From Amoebidium appalachense (lineage: Eukaryota; Protista; Ichthyosporea), in NCBI GenBank assembly GCA_963693365.1, contig CAVNZM010000007.1:3841962-3905961 (forward strand): a DNA stretch of 64,000 nt, read 5' to 3'. Shown here piece after piece: positions 1-61,584 of this stretch. Below the pieces are notes generated by a model. That model was not told the origin of the DNA, made no database searches, and worked only from the letters and a program-made list of their open reading frames with translations. The position numbers were made by a program, and so were the translations under genes. Each line of letters starts with the position of its first letter. Position 1 is the stretch's first letter.

Positions 1-297
1 ACCGACCCAAAAGGGCCCATAATCCAGCACAAGAGAAACCCCCTTTAAGATGTTGATTTATGGAGGCATTTTATTTACTTATATTATAGTCGTCAGATGC
101 AGATTACAGGTCTCATTCATTGTGGCCCCCTTGCTAACAGCCGGGGGTCCAAAAGATACTGTTTTTATCTCAAAAAAACACCACCATTAATACAACAAAA
201 ACAAACAAACATGGTACTAAGGGTTCAAGAGATGGGGCCTAATCGAAACACGCCGTTCAAAACCCTTCACGACTAAAACCAGGTTCCAAACACATGT

Positions 298-366
<69 letters not shown>

Positions 367-578
367 AAAAAAAAAAAAAAGAAGAAGAAAAAAGAACAGA
401 AAAAACCTTTCTACCCTCCCATCATGTATACTCCCATCCCCCACAGACATACAAACCCGTCATACCATATCCTGATATCTGGTTGCCACACCACCACTAC
501 TCAAGAATCCCCACGAAAACTTTCCAACTGCAATATCACGAACACTGCATAGGATTACCCGGCATTGTGGCCTATTAT

Positions 579-658
<80 letters not shown>

Positions 659-912
659 CACACACACGCAATATATAACCTATATATAGATACATGCAAG
701 GTATGAGGTGACCCTGCAACTCTCAACGACATTACAGTATCTGGAGTGTAGCAATTCATAATCATATATCGCCCCAGCAGACCCCGCGCCAAAAACCAAA
801 AAAAATAAAAATAAAAATAATAATAATAATAGGCAAAAAATGAAAAAAGAAAAAACAAGAAGGGCAAAAAAGAAAAAAAAAGGGTTCAAAAATATAGCCC
901 AGCTAATAGAAC

Positions 913-8932
<8,020 letters not shown>

Positions 8933-9566
8933 TGTCACGTCGTTAAAACTACAGGGCCTAAGCTTGATGGAGAGGCAGAAGCCAACCAGCTAGTGATGTT
9001 GTGAAAGAAAAAGAGGAGAAATGTCAAGGGGTTTTCCTGAGAAATGCCGCTTGCGGTATTGCCTCACACAGTAATTCCTCGGCCGGTTCTCCTCGAGTGT
9101 GCCTGAGGGCCTAAGTTCGACTTCCTTTGCGAAGAGAACAAAAAATGTTGGCGCAGACATGATGTTTCTAAAATGATTAAATTTAGAGCATCGATTTCAA
9201 TCACTTCGTAATCGGCTACAAATTTATCTACAAAAAGCTATGTAAACCGCGGTTTAAAATGTAATCGCTGAAGCTGCGATGGTATTTTCAAGTAGTTGGC
9301 AGCTGTTGATTGGCTAAATCGGCACCACCCAACTCAGGCTGATGAGCCTGAAGCATGACTCAATGAGCAGGTCGAGCTCGTGAGTGAAGGCCTCAAAAAG
9401 TTTTCTCTGTGATGGGCCAAGATGAACATTGATTCAGTCTTTTGAAAAAAAATATGTTCACAGATGAAAAGTATAAAGTTGGCTGACGAATTAGTTTCTC
9501 AGTCCAGAAATAAAGTCAGCAGGTCAGGAAACGTTTTATTAATTGTAATAAGCACCATTGTCCAAC
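8933..9566. promoter_or_regulatory. Probable bidirectional promoter/5'UTR region between ARP1 and the CaMK-like kinase
   Basis: Head-to-head start codons with 634 bp between them. The region lacks the microsatellites that fill the introns. Confidence 0.55.
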
Positions 9567-20782
<11,216 letters not shown>

Positions 20783-21205
20783 GAAGAACGGTAATCGTGA
20801 GAGCTAAATTGTGAGCGAATGGTTCTTCGTTTTTTCCCTTCAATTTTTCTTTTTTTTTTGGCATTTATAATATCAGGTTAATTTTGCATAATTGAGACCA
20901 GACTGGGCTATACGTAGGTACGTATATAGATAGTGGTTCAATAGCAGGGGGATGCTATGGGCTTGTTTCGTAATTGTGTAATAATATATCAGTATGATTT
21001 AATTCCGGATGATATAATGTACCCCCCCCCCCCCCCCCCCCCCTCCCCCCCCCCCCCCTAGCGCTTATAATCAAGTTCCTGGGGTCTTGTGCAGGTTGCA
21101 CATCTCTTGTGCGGTGGCACACGCACGCATACAGACATGCACACACGCGCACACAAGTACACACATACACACCTGCTACATGCCTGCATGCCCGCGCGCG
21201 CGCGT

Positions 21206-21284
<79 letters not shown>

Positions 21285-21872
21285 TACACATGTAGCACAA
21301 CACAACACGATGTGTGTAGTTAAAAGAAATTGCTATCCGAAGATCTTAACTTTACCAAATACTAAACATATTACGACCTATAGCTTCACAAAGGATGAGA
21401 GCAGAGAACGGTGGAAATTGTGAATCTCCCGTTATCGACAGTCAGTCATTACGTACATACACAAACACACACACGAACATACTGTGTCCACACACACACA
21501 ACATGCATGCACACGCACGCAATTACACACAGAGTTCCGAATGCTGTAGAACATATTGCTTGAGAAATTATCGGCCATGGTGGAAGTTCGGATGCCATGC
21601 TCGCCCGCAGAGTGGCATCAAGGTATCGAAGTTGTTGAAATCGCTGTTTTTGCGGCACTTTCACCACACGTGTATTTATGTGTTTGTCTTATATACACTG
21701 CTTTTCGTTAATGTGCACCTTCACAAAGCGTAAACTGTGGTTGAGAAATAACTTGCCTGGCCATGATGCACGAAAACACTACATACCACTTGCATGGCCG
21801 GTTTCTCGTCTACATACCGGATCGGTGGGTGCGTCATTATGCTGGCATGAACTGTGCGCAAGTATCTGAAGG

Positions 21873-21907
<35 letters not shown>

Positions 21908-21944
21908 TTCCCCCTTCGCCTCCTCCCACCCATCACCACGACCA

Positions 21945-21979
<35 letters not shown>

Positions 21980-22813
21980 GTGGCACACAAACACGTTGTG
22001 ACCCACGAGAACACATTCTGGCCCAGAACCCCCCCCTCCCCCCCCCCCCCCCTCCCCCCCCCCCCAAAAAAACCAAAAAAAACAAAACAAAAAAAACATC
22101 CGGCATTCTCTGCCTGAGTTCCCTACAGCTCATCTGCATCGACCCCAAGTTCCTATCATAAAGCTTCGTAGCAATCATGTTCCCTTCACGTGTGTGCAGA
22201 TGTGCTTTGTTTGCATAGAAACAATGCCCTCCGAGTCCCCGAGGTTGCACTGTTCGAATTCACCTCCATCCCATCCTGTGCAGGACTCCGGTAAAAGCCC
22301 TTAAAACTTTTTTAGCCTTCTCAAAATAGAAAATAGTTGGGTGTGTACCTTGATGTGTCATTTCTCTATTAAACTGTGCTGCAGACTTCATTACATGGAC
22401 TTGCTAGCGCCATGCATTGCCTTCAAATTCTTTATGCTGACTTTATGGGGCCAAGCGTTTGAAGCTTAGCTATACATAGTAGACTCAGGTCTGGTGGAAA
22501 AAAATTTGTCGAAACCTCTGCTCACCTCCATAAAGGGTCGAAGAAGCAACAATGAAAATTCCAAGACTTGGTTTGCACAAATTAAAAGGGGGGGGGGGAT
22601 TTAAACTTTAGTCATCGAGAAACGAGCAAGGAAACACGCAACCCAGCCCACATAAATTATTGTAGGCTTAGCCTATCAAGGCCTCCCATTTATGATACTT
22701 GTACCTTTTTGTGCAATGGGACATATAGAAGACCTATTACGGGATTACGTGCATGCACTGGCGCGCATAGCGTCTGGACCTCCTGACACATACTGGCTGC
22801 TTCGTTGGCTCAC

Positions 22814-23431
22814 CTTGGCCGCAAGTGTACACTCAAGTGTGACAGGGCTGGCCTGGTGGTGCCGGCTCAGCCGGCCGGGCACGGTGCGTTCGTTGGAGCG
22901 CAGCAACATGCAAAACCTAAAAACCCCACCCATTGGTCTATACAGCACCATGATAGGAGACGCTGGCACAAGAAATCCCAACCTTGGAGACGTCCAAAAA
23001 AATGTAGATGAAATGCTTGGAAATAGTAGATAAGTAGATTGTAAATAAACTAGAACTTTATTAGAGCCTATTTTGGTGAAGTAGTAACCTTAGAGGCGTG
23101 CTTTTTGGTGCAGCGGCTGGATGGCAGTTTGAAGCGAGGATTCGTATTGGCTTCAGGTCACGCAGCTTTCGCTCAAACCTCCTGCCCAAAATGGAAATGC
23201 GCACCGTCAGCGGTTTTCCTTCATTCCTGTTTTGGGAAATTTAAACAGTCTTTGATTTAAACGCACTCTTAGGCTTACCAATTGGCTTATAATCATGTGC
23301 TGTAATGTTCAACGCTCGCACAACAGGCTGCTTGCTCGCATTTGCGCCGGTTGTCTCTGAACAGCAAACTGAGTTGGCTTGGAGACTTTTGCTTCGACTC
23401 TTAGCTGATCGGAGGTGTCGTGGTTTATAAT
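22814..23431 (-). CDS. Possible small spliced gene fragment, no recognisable homology
   Basis: Three phase-compatible GT-AG exons (23431-23279, 23218-23089, 22916-22814) give ~128 open codons in repeat-poor sequence. Start and stop were not resolved. Confidence 0.25.
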
Positions 23432-24462
23432 CTGTGTCATTTTTATTATGGAAATATAAAGAAACAGGCTTCTAAGCTAATGAAAGAATAACCAAAAAGC
23501 TAGCGGTAGTAACAAAGCAGCGAGGCTTCGCTTTTCCTTCACCTTGCTGATAGACTATCTAATAAGCAGACGCCGATAGGTTGTTAGTCTCCGAGTTGCT
23601 TTGGTAGAGTTCAAAGTGACGAATAGGTGCACCTAAATACTTTTCTTGGCGCACTCTTTAGTTAACAAATTTGTGCCCTGCACGGTAGAGAGTACTGAGG
23701 CGTACATTACAGAGTGGACAGACCGGCAACCAAAGATCCATGCGCCACATAAGTTTTGAACCCATCGAGAGTGAGTATACCCTGCTTTTGAAGCAGTTTT
23801 CTACTGGTTTGCTAGATTTTATAGCTTATTAATAAGACAGCTGCAGGATTTAGCGCAACTTACAAGCCTCTTGGGCTTTCGACCACAAACTTCCTTAGAA
23901 GTGGGTAAGGTCTCATGTTAGCTTACGGGCTGCTCGCCGGTAAAGATGTAGTTATGTGAACGGGATCTTGTATAAATGGTGCTAAATAATGCTTATTTGT
24001 TAAGATGAGTGGTGATGGTATGTTGGGGCTGCGCTTGGACGGTGATTTCTAGCAGCAAGCCGTTTCCTTCACTGCACACTTGGCCTCCTTGAGAGATAGA
24101 CATGAACGTGGTTTTTGCCGGAATGATAGAATGTTCGTTAGACTCAAGGGGAGGGGGGGGGGGGGGGGGTGTTGACATAACACATGGCACGTAGGGTTAA
24201 GTGCACGAAGGGTCTTCGGGTAGAAATGGATGGCTTGCTTTACGAAGAATAAGTGCGCAGGGCACCTGAGAGGCTCGAGATTAGCTAACCATGCGAGGCA
24301 CCAGTAAGAAATGTATTTGGTTAGCTTTTAGTGATGTGGAAAACGGCTGTCTAACAAATTATTTCCCCAGGGATCGGTGCCATGTGGTTTTGCATACGTG
24401 TAAGGGATTGAGCAATACGTTTTTTTTCGGACTATTCGGCTGGCCGTAGAGCCTCTTTCACC

Positions 24463-45960
<21,498 letters not shown>

Positions 45961-47341
45961 AGTCTATGAATGACCCACCACCTACGCTATACTTGGGTAC
46001 TGTTAGTGGATCGAAGTTGGGTATGAAAAATGGTCTGAATAATCATATTTGTCTTTCAGATAATGGTTTTGAATTGCATGTTTTGACGTTTATGGCCACA
46101 TGTACGGGCCGAGATGGCCTGACAACGGACAGTTTTTTTTTTTTTACATCTAGTATAACAGCATGGCTTCGTGCATGGCTTCGTGCATGGCTTCGTTCCT
46201 GCTATACGAATATTCTCTATCGGGTGCACTAGTATTGAAGCCAAATTTTAATTATTTCGTCTGGGTGCTGCGGTATCGGTGTTGTGGTTGAATCTTTTCA
46301 GCAGTATAAGTATTTTGAATTCACGCTAATATTATGAAATGCGCACTCTTCAGCTTTTTGTTCTTTTCTTCTGGCTGATCTTGTAGTCTTGAAACACTGC
46401 GCAGGTACACAATTGGATCATGATGCAAGTACCCAAGAATTTAGATTTGGTCGGCGGGGTTGTTTTTGAGGATTTCGTTGTTGCTGTGATCACGGTGGCA
46501 TGCTAATAGCCATAGTTATTCACACTTGCTTGCTGATAATACTCTAGGCCTGTCCGCACAAGCGTAGCTCCTTGCAGGTTGAGGGGCTGAAGTTGATGTG
46601 GGGTTTGTGGGTGCCCTTCCCATTTTTATTTGGGTTTACTGTTTGATGTCCATCAAGATTTAGAAATTCACTGTGCTGCTTTAAGCCTTATTCATGATCA
46701 TTACTTTTAATAGCACAGCCCGCAGGCACGAGCCTCGAGCCCCATGTCGATATATCATAAAGAATCTATGGATAAGAAATACAGACTATATAGCAGTATG
46801 TAAACACATAAACATAAACTTGTTACATACCAGAACATGCCCATGATACACACGTGTACACCCACCCACACACAATATCTTCCCCTCCCCCGCTAAATTT
46901 TGTTCCATTTCAATTGTTTGAGATGGGGTTTTCCTTCTTGCAACGACAGTGTCAGTAACGAAAGTTTTGTCCCTTGGTATCTCCTCCATATCTCCAACCC
47001 TCTACATTGCATGCATACATCCTCGAGGCAGCTCCTTACCCCCCCCCCCCCCCCCCCCCCCCCCTGCCCCTTGCAAACACACACACACACACACACACAG
47101 ACACACAGTCACATACGTGTTTGCGAATGCTTATTCAAGACTTTCGCTGTTTCAGGTTATAAATTTCTTATCCACGAATTTGGATTATAATAATGTAGTA
47201 TAATATTGAAACGTTTCCTGCACAAATAATCACAGGCCCCGGATACGTCTGCATGCTGTTCAAATGAATTCACACACTACCGTAACGAGGGATGCGCGTG
47301 CACATGCGCTTATATTGATGATCATTAAGGTTATCGTTTGT

Positions 47342-47396
<55 letters not shown>

Positions 47397-47545
47397 GGAC
47401 GGGGTCCAAGAACTATTGTGGCTCGAGGGATTATGCTGTAATTACAGTCACCTGTAGGCGAAATATTTTTCGAATGCTAGAGAAGCCGTTTAATACGCTC
47501 ATAAACCGGCAGGCCACTAATTAGTTAGGTTATGGTGTGTGCCAC

Positions 47546-47597
<52 letters not shown>

Positions 47598-48070
47598 ACA
47601 CGTGTGTGGGTGTGGGTGGGTGGGTGGGTGGCCACTGGGTGGATGGGTGGGGGGAGGGGGGAGGGGGGATGGGGGGGGGGGGGGGGGGGGGGGGGGGGTT
47701 GAAGAATAAATGGTAAGTGGTACTGCTTGTGACTGTGCACGCGTTACGGTACACATGAACATGTACATGCGTGCATACGCAAAATTGTGTGCACGTGTGA
47801 CTACACGTATGTAGTAGGTGGGGGGCAATACGGATCGAGTGATGGCTCTGTATTCTTACAGAGCTCTTCATAATGTAAGATATGGGTATCATGGTCATTT
47901 ATAAGCACGGGGCTGCAGCTTTAGCTAACTGTTTGCCATAATCACTACAGCGTTCACATCTATCGTGTTGCATCCATCACTTCAAATCCCCGATTCCAAT
48001 TGCGAGGCATACTACGGTACACCGATCCATGTCATCCTTCCATTGTCCCTCCTTCATATTCACATAGCTC

Positions 48071-48335
48071 CGCCCTCTAAGCTATATATGTCGGATCTAC
48101 TTTGAACTTCGTATGTATAGGTGGCTCAGTCATTCGGAAAGCTACATACACACACGCCTGTATATCATAAAGGGTGTTCATAATGTGCACGTGAGCTTGA
48201 AGCAGCGCCCTCTAAGCTATATAGCACGGATCTACTTTGAACTTCGTATGTATAGGTGGCTCAGTCATTCGGAAAGCTACATACATACACGCCTGTATCA
48301 TACAGGGTGTTCACTGTGCACGTGAGCTTGAAGCA
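48071..48335. repeat. ~135-bp tandem duplication (2 copies), intergenic
   Basis: CGCCCTCTAAGCTATATA...GTGCACGTGAGCTTGAAGCA starts at 48071 and again at 48206. Confidence 0.9.
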
Positions 48336-50449
48336 AAGTTTGAATTCAAAAAGCAGCGCCCGTTGTGCAAATTTGGCAAAACAAACCAAACCGATGACCG
48401 GTAAAGTAGGCCAATAGGGAGCTTCAGTAAAAATCCCGGATCGGCAAAACAAGTCTTACATAGCTAAAACGGATTGGTAGAGAATCTACTTCCATACAAA
48501 AAGAGCAGTCGACACAAGAAAATTATTTAATACTATTTTGTTATAAGAGTGACATTATAATATTTTAATTTTATTTTAAATCTTTTTTCTTTGTATCAAC
48601 ACCATGGTTAATTCTATTTTATTATACGGTGAAGGTTTTGAAAGCTAAATAAAACCATTGTAATGATTTTATATTGGTTTATAATCACAAATTTATTTCA
48701 CCAACCAGATATTTAAAGTTTTATCAGCGGCTGGTTGCTGCGTCAACGTCACCAAAGCCGGCTCTTGTAACGGTTATATCCTTTCGCCCGTTTCCAACGG
48801 TCGCTGGCGGCGAACACAACGGTAGAAAACGTAATAACACAAAGCGCCCGCCAAAAACGGTTGCATAACGTAATTATGGAACGAAAAAACAAGCACCTAT
48901 ACGTTTGTTGAGTTGAGAAGATAGAGCTGCTTCAGTTGCTTAGGTTGAGAAAGTAGGGAAAGTCTAGTGAGGCTCATGCACCAACCTTTTGGTGGCCTTC
49001 TCTTCCACATGAAAAATCTTCGCTGTAAACATCTGTACATGATTCAAGCATCTTTGGAGCCCATCGCAAGTAGTAGGTTTCATCACACCCCATTATAAAC
49101 CATTAGTACAAACACACAACAATATTTCTAATGTGCTGCAACTCATATATACTTCCATTTTTTACAACTTTACCATTTTTCAAGCAGCGTACCAGCAACT
49201 CGTGAATTTCGATTTACAGTTCAACAATTTTCTGACAGCCAGATTCAAATCCTTGCACGTGTTTTTTGGGTGCACACTTTACATTGGTACGAGGCGACCA
49301 CCCAGACTCAGCTGCCGAATACATGGCTTCACAAAGACCTACGGTGAAGGCAAGTTCCCATCTTTTTCCTTGCATGCAGCTTTTTTTTTGAAATCGTTCT
49401 GCCTCCACCACGCAACATCAGCACACACATCTCAACGATTTGTTTCTGTAACGATTTGTTTCTGTTACGATGTTGTGATTTCTATAAGAAGAAATTCACC
49501 ATGAAAGGGAAGAGACTTACGAAAACCTGCCTGTGGCACGCATGCTCATGAGTAATTATATACCTCCTCTACTGCCCTCTTTTCTTCTATTTTTATGTTT
49601 TCCCTTTTTTCGCTTATAATTCTTGTTTTTTTCCCCTGTTTGTGTGTTCAACATCGTCACACATTTCGTATGCATCAACACTCAATGACATATATGGACG
49701 TTGGTTATTAATGACCATCTGATATAGCTATATTTGCCTTAGTGTGCCATGGTGTTTTTCTCTTTTCCTTGCTTTCCCCCTGCCCTGTTCTTGCAAACTT
49801 TGTCTCTGCCGTTTCTGTTTTGTTTTTTCCTTTGTTTTTATCCTTTTAGCCCCCTCAAAACCGGCACCAATAACTCTGTACTTGGAAATCCAGGTGAATT
49901 GTGTCTACTTATGTAAGTTTTTGTTGAGTAACGAGCAGGAGGGAAAAGTGTGTGTTTGTGTGGTGTGTGTGTGGGTGGGTGGGTGGGTTTGGGGGGAGGA
50001 GGGGGGGGGGGGGGGAGGTGTGTGTGTGGGGGGTTTGGTGGGGGGGGGGGGGGGGAGGTAGCTTTTGATCTCAAGCGTGTTAGGCATTTACCAGTGTGGC
50101 CGGTTGGAAGTTATGAGGGTACTTTGAAGACACAAAAGTGCGCTTGTGAACTCGGTCAGCGTGTAGTGAATGAAGGATGAGAAAGGCTAACCTTCGAGGC
50201 GTGTCTGAAACGAACAACCAAAGACGGCGACGATCACGCACAACGGCATGTATGGAGACTCGAATCTTCACAACAACTATGAGTTGCTTTTTTCCTTTCT
50301 GCCTTTCTCTTTCTTCTTTAGTCCTTGTGTTATCCATACTACCCACACCTAGTCTTACCTATCTATTCCTTTCTTTTTCTTCCCTTTGCAGAGAGTAAAA
50401 GAGCGCACACGGTTACCATATCCCCTTTTAGCGTGTGGCCAATTTTCGC

Positions 50450-56895
<6,446 letters not shown>

Positions 56896-59800
56896 CAGCG
56901 TCAGCAGCATTTCGGAGCTGGCGGGGAGGTCGGCGGGTCTAGGGGGAGAAAACCGCCGGTCTTCATTGGTCGACGAGCTTCGTCAGGACGGGATTGCCGT
57001 ACCGTTACAGCTCCTCCAAGACTCGGACAGTGGGCCGTTACCCCTCTTGACCCGACCCGACTTCCTCTCCCAATCGGGTCAGGGGTTGTGGACCCGACCC
57101 ATGCCCGAACACCCCCCACACCCCCCACCGCTGGCGGACGACAGGAATGTGTCGAGCGACGAGGAATGCGGGCGGTATGGCGACACCGGAGAGGATTTAA
57201 CGGGCGGATCCTATTGGATGAGCAACAGCGAAAGTGATGACGTCACGGGACCGACTTACGTAAGTGGGTCCATGGGTGGCGTGCATTCCTACGCCGCGCC
57301 ATACATGGGCGGGCGTGCGTTTATGAGCGGTGCGGGAGAGAGTTTGGGGGGTCTCGGATCGCCGATCGTCGATCAACCACCGCCGCCGATGGATTCGGGG
57401 TGTTTGTGCGGGCGTGGGTGCACACAGTGCTATGCAACACTGCACTCTGTCGATCCAGCAAATACCACACATTCAAGAGCATCCAATCAGAACTCACCAT
57501 ATGCGATCTCGCCACTCTCCAGCCTCCTACACATACATTCCCCGCTGCTTCCACCCCCGCCCCCTCCCCCGCCCACCCATCGAAAAAGACTGCAGTCTGC
57601 ATTGCACGCCCAAAACCTAAATCCCGACTACGGGAAATCTCCCGCACGGCGGCGATGACGGCCCATACTCACCCACGCAAGTGCACCCACTGGCCCACCA
57701 CCACCACCACCACCACGGGTCCGACCCAATCCCGACCCGACCCGAAATTGTTTTCCCTCTCCCGTCGTCGCCTCTTCCGCCGACGTCCGGGGAGGATCTT
57801 TACGACGATTTGGGGGGTTTTCCATCTGCAAATAGCCTTTTGGGAGATGCGGCAAGCGACAATCTGTCTACAGTGGCGTGGGTCGATGAAACCGAACCAT
57901 GGGATGTTTCTTCGAATTTGAGCGTAGAAACGGAGTCGCGGAAGGGGAAAGAACCAACAAAGGGGGGAGGAAACGACAGGGTGGCGGGAGTGGGGGAGGT
58001 GGAGGCGGAGGGGTTCAGGGGGGAATCCCCCTTGAGTACGAGGGTTTCTGTGTCCTCCGGGACGGGAAGTTACAGGGATGATGACTTCTGGCCGTACCAT
58101 CGGCCGTAATAGGAGGGGAATTTGGGAGTTTTATGATGGATATATCTAGATTATCTCGTGGTTTTTTGGGATTGGTTGGTGTTTTGTGTTGTGAAATTCG
58201 GGTTTTTCCTTTCTGTTTGATGAGTATGCGGTGGGCCGGCATCATCTCTGTCACCTTTGGCTTTTCCTGCTGTGTTGTGTTTAGTTTGGTTTTTGTGTCG
58301 CTGATTTCTGCTTGTTTCGTTTTCAAACTTCCGCGTTTGTTCGTGGTAGGGTTGAAGTTGGTTCAGGGGTGAATGAACCAATTCATTGCTATTATATGAA
58401 GGTTTTTCTTTTTTCTATCATAACCTGACGGGTGTTAGCGCGTCCAACACACACACAGACACACACACACACACACACGCACGCACGAACACACAGACAC
58501 AGACCCACGTGTTCTGCAGGTTCATACCTGTACCTGCACAGTACTCTGGACACACGCACGCACAAGCACAAACCCGCGCTCGCTCACACATGTGCACACG
58601 TGCGACCGCACAATATCCTACACACACGCGCGCGCATACACACACACACACACACACACACAGGTGTAGAATGATTAATAGCATGACCGCCCTTCTGCAC
58701 CTCATAATTTTAAGTATGTGTTGTCTAAACTTCAATATGAAACAACTGTTGCTAACACACACTCGCTACGCTATAGGTTTAAATCTTTCCGCCGCCCCGG
58801 ACTCTCATTATCATATTAAGATGGGATTGAATGCTTAATGCATTGCAGTACATGTACGTTTCCCATATATAGATATTGACGCATATTTTTACATACATAG
58901 CCACGTGTTTCTAAACACGTGTATGAGCCAAGCATTATTTGATACGTGCTGGCTCCTGATTGGATAGTTTGTATTTGCCTGCCAATCATGGTTGGTAAAG
59001 CCATAATAAAAGACTATGCGGCAACATGGTCGTCCCCTCCCCCCCCCCCCCCCCCTCTCCAAAAAAAAAAACACACACACACACATCAGCACATGCACTG
59101 ACACGAAAAAACTAGAAACTAAAAAGATAAGCTAAAAGTAGACACCCACATGCACACACACCGTCCACATACACGCATACACCCCCCCGCATGCACACAC
59201 TAGGGATTAGATCTACTGTGCACGTACGCACACACAGGATTTGAGGGATCGAGTGCCACACAAATTCTTGCAGGTAGGGATTCTATCATCCCAAAAAAAA
59301 ATTGGTGACTGATAGTGCAAGATGCATGCTCATATAGAACGAAGCCAAAATTCATCATGAGCAAACATGCGCGCATGATCATAACTTTCTTTACTTCCAT
59401 ACCGCCGGCGGTACCGCGAATATCATCTTCAGTGTCGTGTGGCATTTTGGCTGCATATGGTATGTGCCCGCGCGTCTTTATGAATTCACTCGGCGAATCA
59501 CAATAAGGTACATGGCATAGACATTACAATACCTTCGTTTCAGCATTTCAGCTTTCATTTCACAACAGCATTTAGACGAAGACCGCAAGAGTGCATCACG
59601 AGTCATGTGCCACATGCACACGCATCTATACGTGCAGTGTATGTGTGCTCAAAAGTCATCTGATCAGTAATACGAGGAAATATCATAATTATACCCCATG
59701 AGTCAAATGGATAATTGAATATCCAATTGTGCTGTGTTGTATGCTTCACCGAAATCCCTCACACTACCGTAACGCTAGCAAAAAACATTGTCTACATACT

Positions 59801-60055
59801 CCGAGGCAACCTCGCGTACAGCTCTCAAACTTCTAAAATTTAGATCTTTTCTACATGTACAAGTGGCCCTTCGATATTCACCGCAATGACAGGTGATGGG
59901 GAACCTTTTGCACAAACATACACACATTCAAACAGCGTACATGTAGCAAATTGATCGCCAAACCCGGATCGCGTACAACAATACCACGTTTCAACGGGCA
60001 CACACCTTTTGCAGAGCAGTATTTTGTGGTATCTAATACCACACTATGTACATTA

Positions 60056-60203
60056 CTAGTGCTTCAGTGTCATGACTAGTTTCAAACCCTGTCTCCCCAC
60101 CAGATAGGTGACTGTGGATGGGTCTGAGGCAACATCCGGACACCCCAAAACGTTGAGCATGTGCATGCGCGGACATCCCTCCACAAGGCGGCGTACACCT
60201 GTA

Positions 60204-60235
<32 letters not shown>

Positions 60236-60372
60236 CGTGTGTGTGTCTGTGTGTGTGTGTGTGTATCTGTATGTGTGTGTGTGTGTGTGCGCGCACGCGC
60301 GCACATTTGGGGTGAAGGTGCGGGGAGTACTATGTGTTTGCAGGGGAGCCCGGGGTGTGTGTGTGTGTGTTG

Positions 60373-60415
<43 letters not shown>

Positions 60416-60592
60416 GGGGGGGTGCAGAGTAACCGGTCGGTTAGCATGGGTTTATCAGGAAAGGGGAAGCCAGCAAGAACGAAATAGCCAGAGGGTGCCC
60501 GGGATGGGCGGTGCTGTGTGTGTGCATGTGTGCACGTGTGCGAGAAGGAGACTGTGCGGACGTGTGTGTGTGTTTGGTTTGGTGGTGGTGGT

Positions 60593-60631
<39 letters not shown>

Positions 60632-60814
60632 GAGAGAGAGAGAAGGGGGAGGGCTGCACACCTGTTCGTGCGTGCCTGCTTGCGGTGTGTATCCGAGAGC
60701 ACGAATATGTTAATCAGTGTGCCTTTGTGCCTTGTTTCTTTCCACTTTTCTTTCCTTTCCTTTTTTTTTTTTTTTTTTCCTCTTTTTTTCTTTTTTTTTT
60801 TTGTTTTGTTTTGT

Positions 60815-60851
<37 letters not shown>

Positions 60852-61137
60852 GGGAGGGGGGGGCCTCTACCGTGTGAGGTGATGAGGGGGCAGTGTGCCG
60901 CATTCAACTGCTGCAAAGTGCCTCCCTCAGCCAAAGATTCCAAGGCACGATCAGTGACAAGATTGCAGAACGCTATGCTGAGCACCTGTGGCGGTTTGGG
61001 GGGGGGGGGGGGGGGGGAAGCGGGGTTAATTTGGTGGTGGTGTGGTGGGATGGTGGTGGGTGCATGGGTGGGTGAACAAAGAAGAAGCCACAGCTTCCCC
61101 TGGATATAATGCATGTAGTCGGGCAGCCGGTATTACC

Positions 61138-61168
<31 letters not shown>

Positions 61169-61550
61169 CCCCCTCCCCACCTGCCCGCCCGTTGCTACAC
61201 ACTGACAGACGGGCATTCCATGAGGGAGAGACTGAAGATGAGATAAGGAGGAGCAAGAGCGCGGGGAGAGTGGAAAAAGGCGAGGCGGGATGGGGTGTGG
61301 GGGGAGGGGGAGGGGGGGAGGGGGGGGGGGTGGGGGGAGGGGCCGGGGGACACCTCGAGGTCCTCCAGAAGGCCAAGCAGGCCAACCCCATAGTCGGTTA
61401 GCTGTGATCCAACCAATGATATTGTTCAGTCAGTCACGTGATTATGAATATGTGACTGTGCATGTGCCTGGTGATGGGTGGTGCCCCGGGAGAGGGGGAG
61501 GGGGTTTTTTCTTTGTGTGTGTTGGGAGGGGCGGGGTGGGGTGTGTGTGT

Positions 61551-61584
<34 letters not shown>

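Noticed and set aside
46161-46196. (GCATGGCTTCGT)x3 downstream of the ROCK stop codon
   Set aside because: A short slippage triplication with no sign of function.
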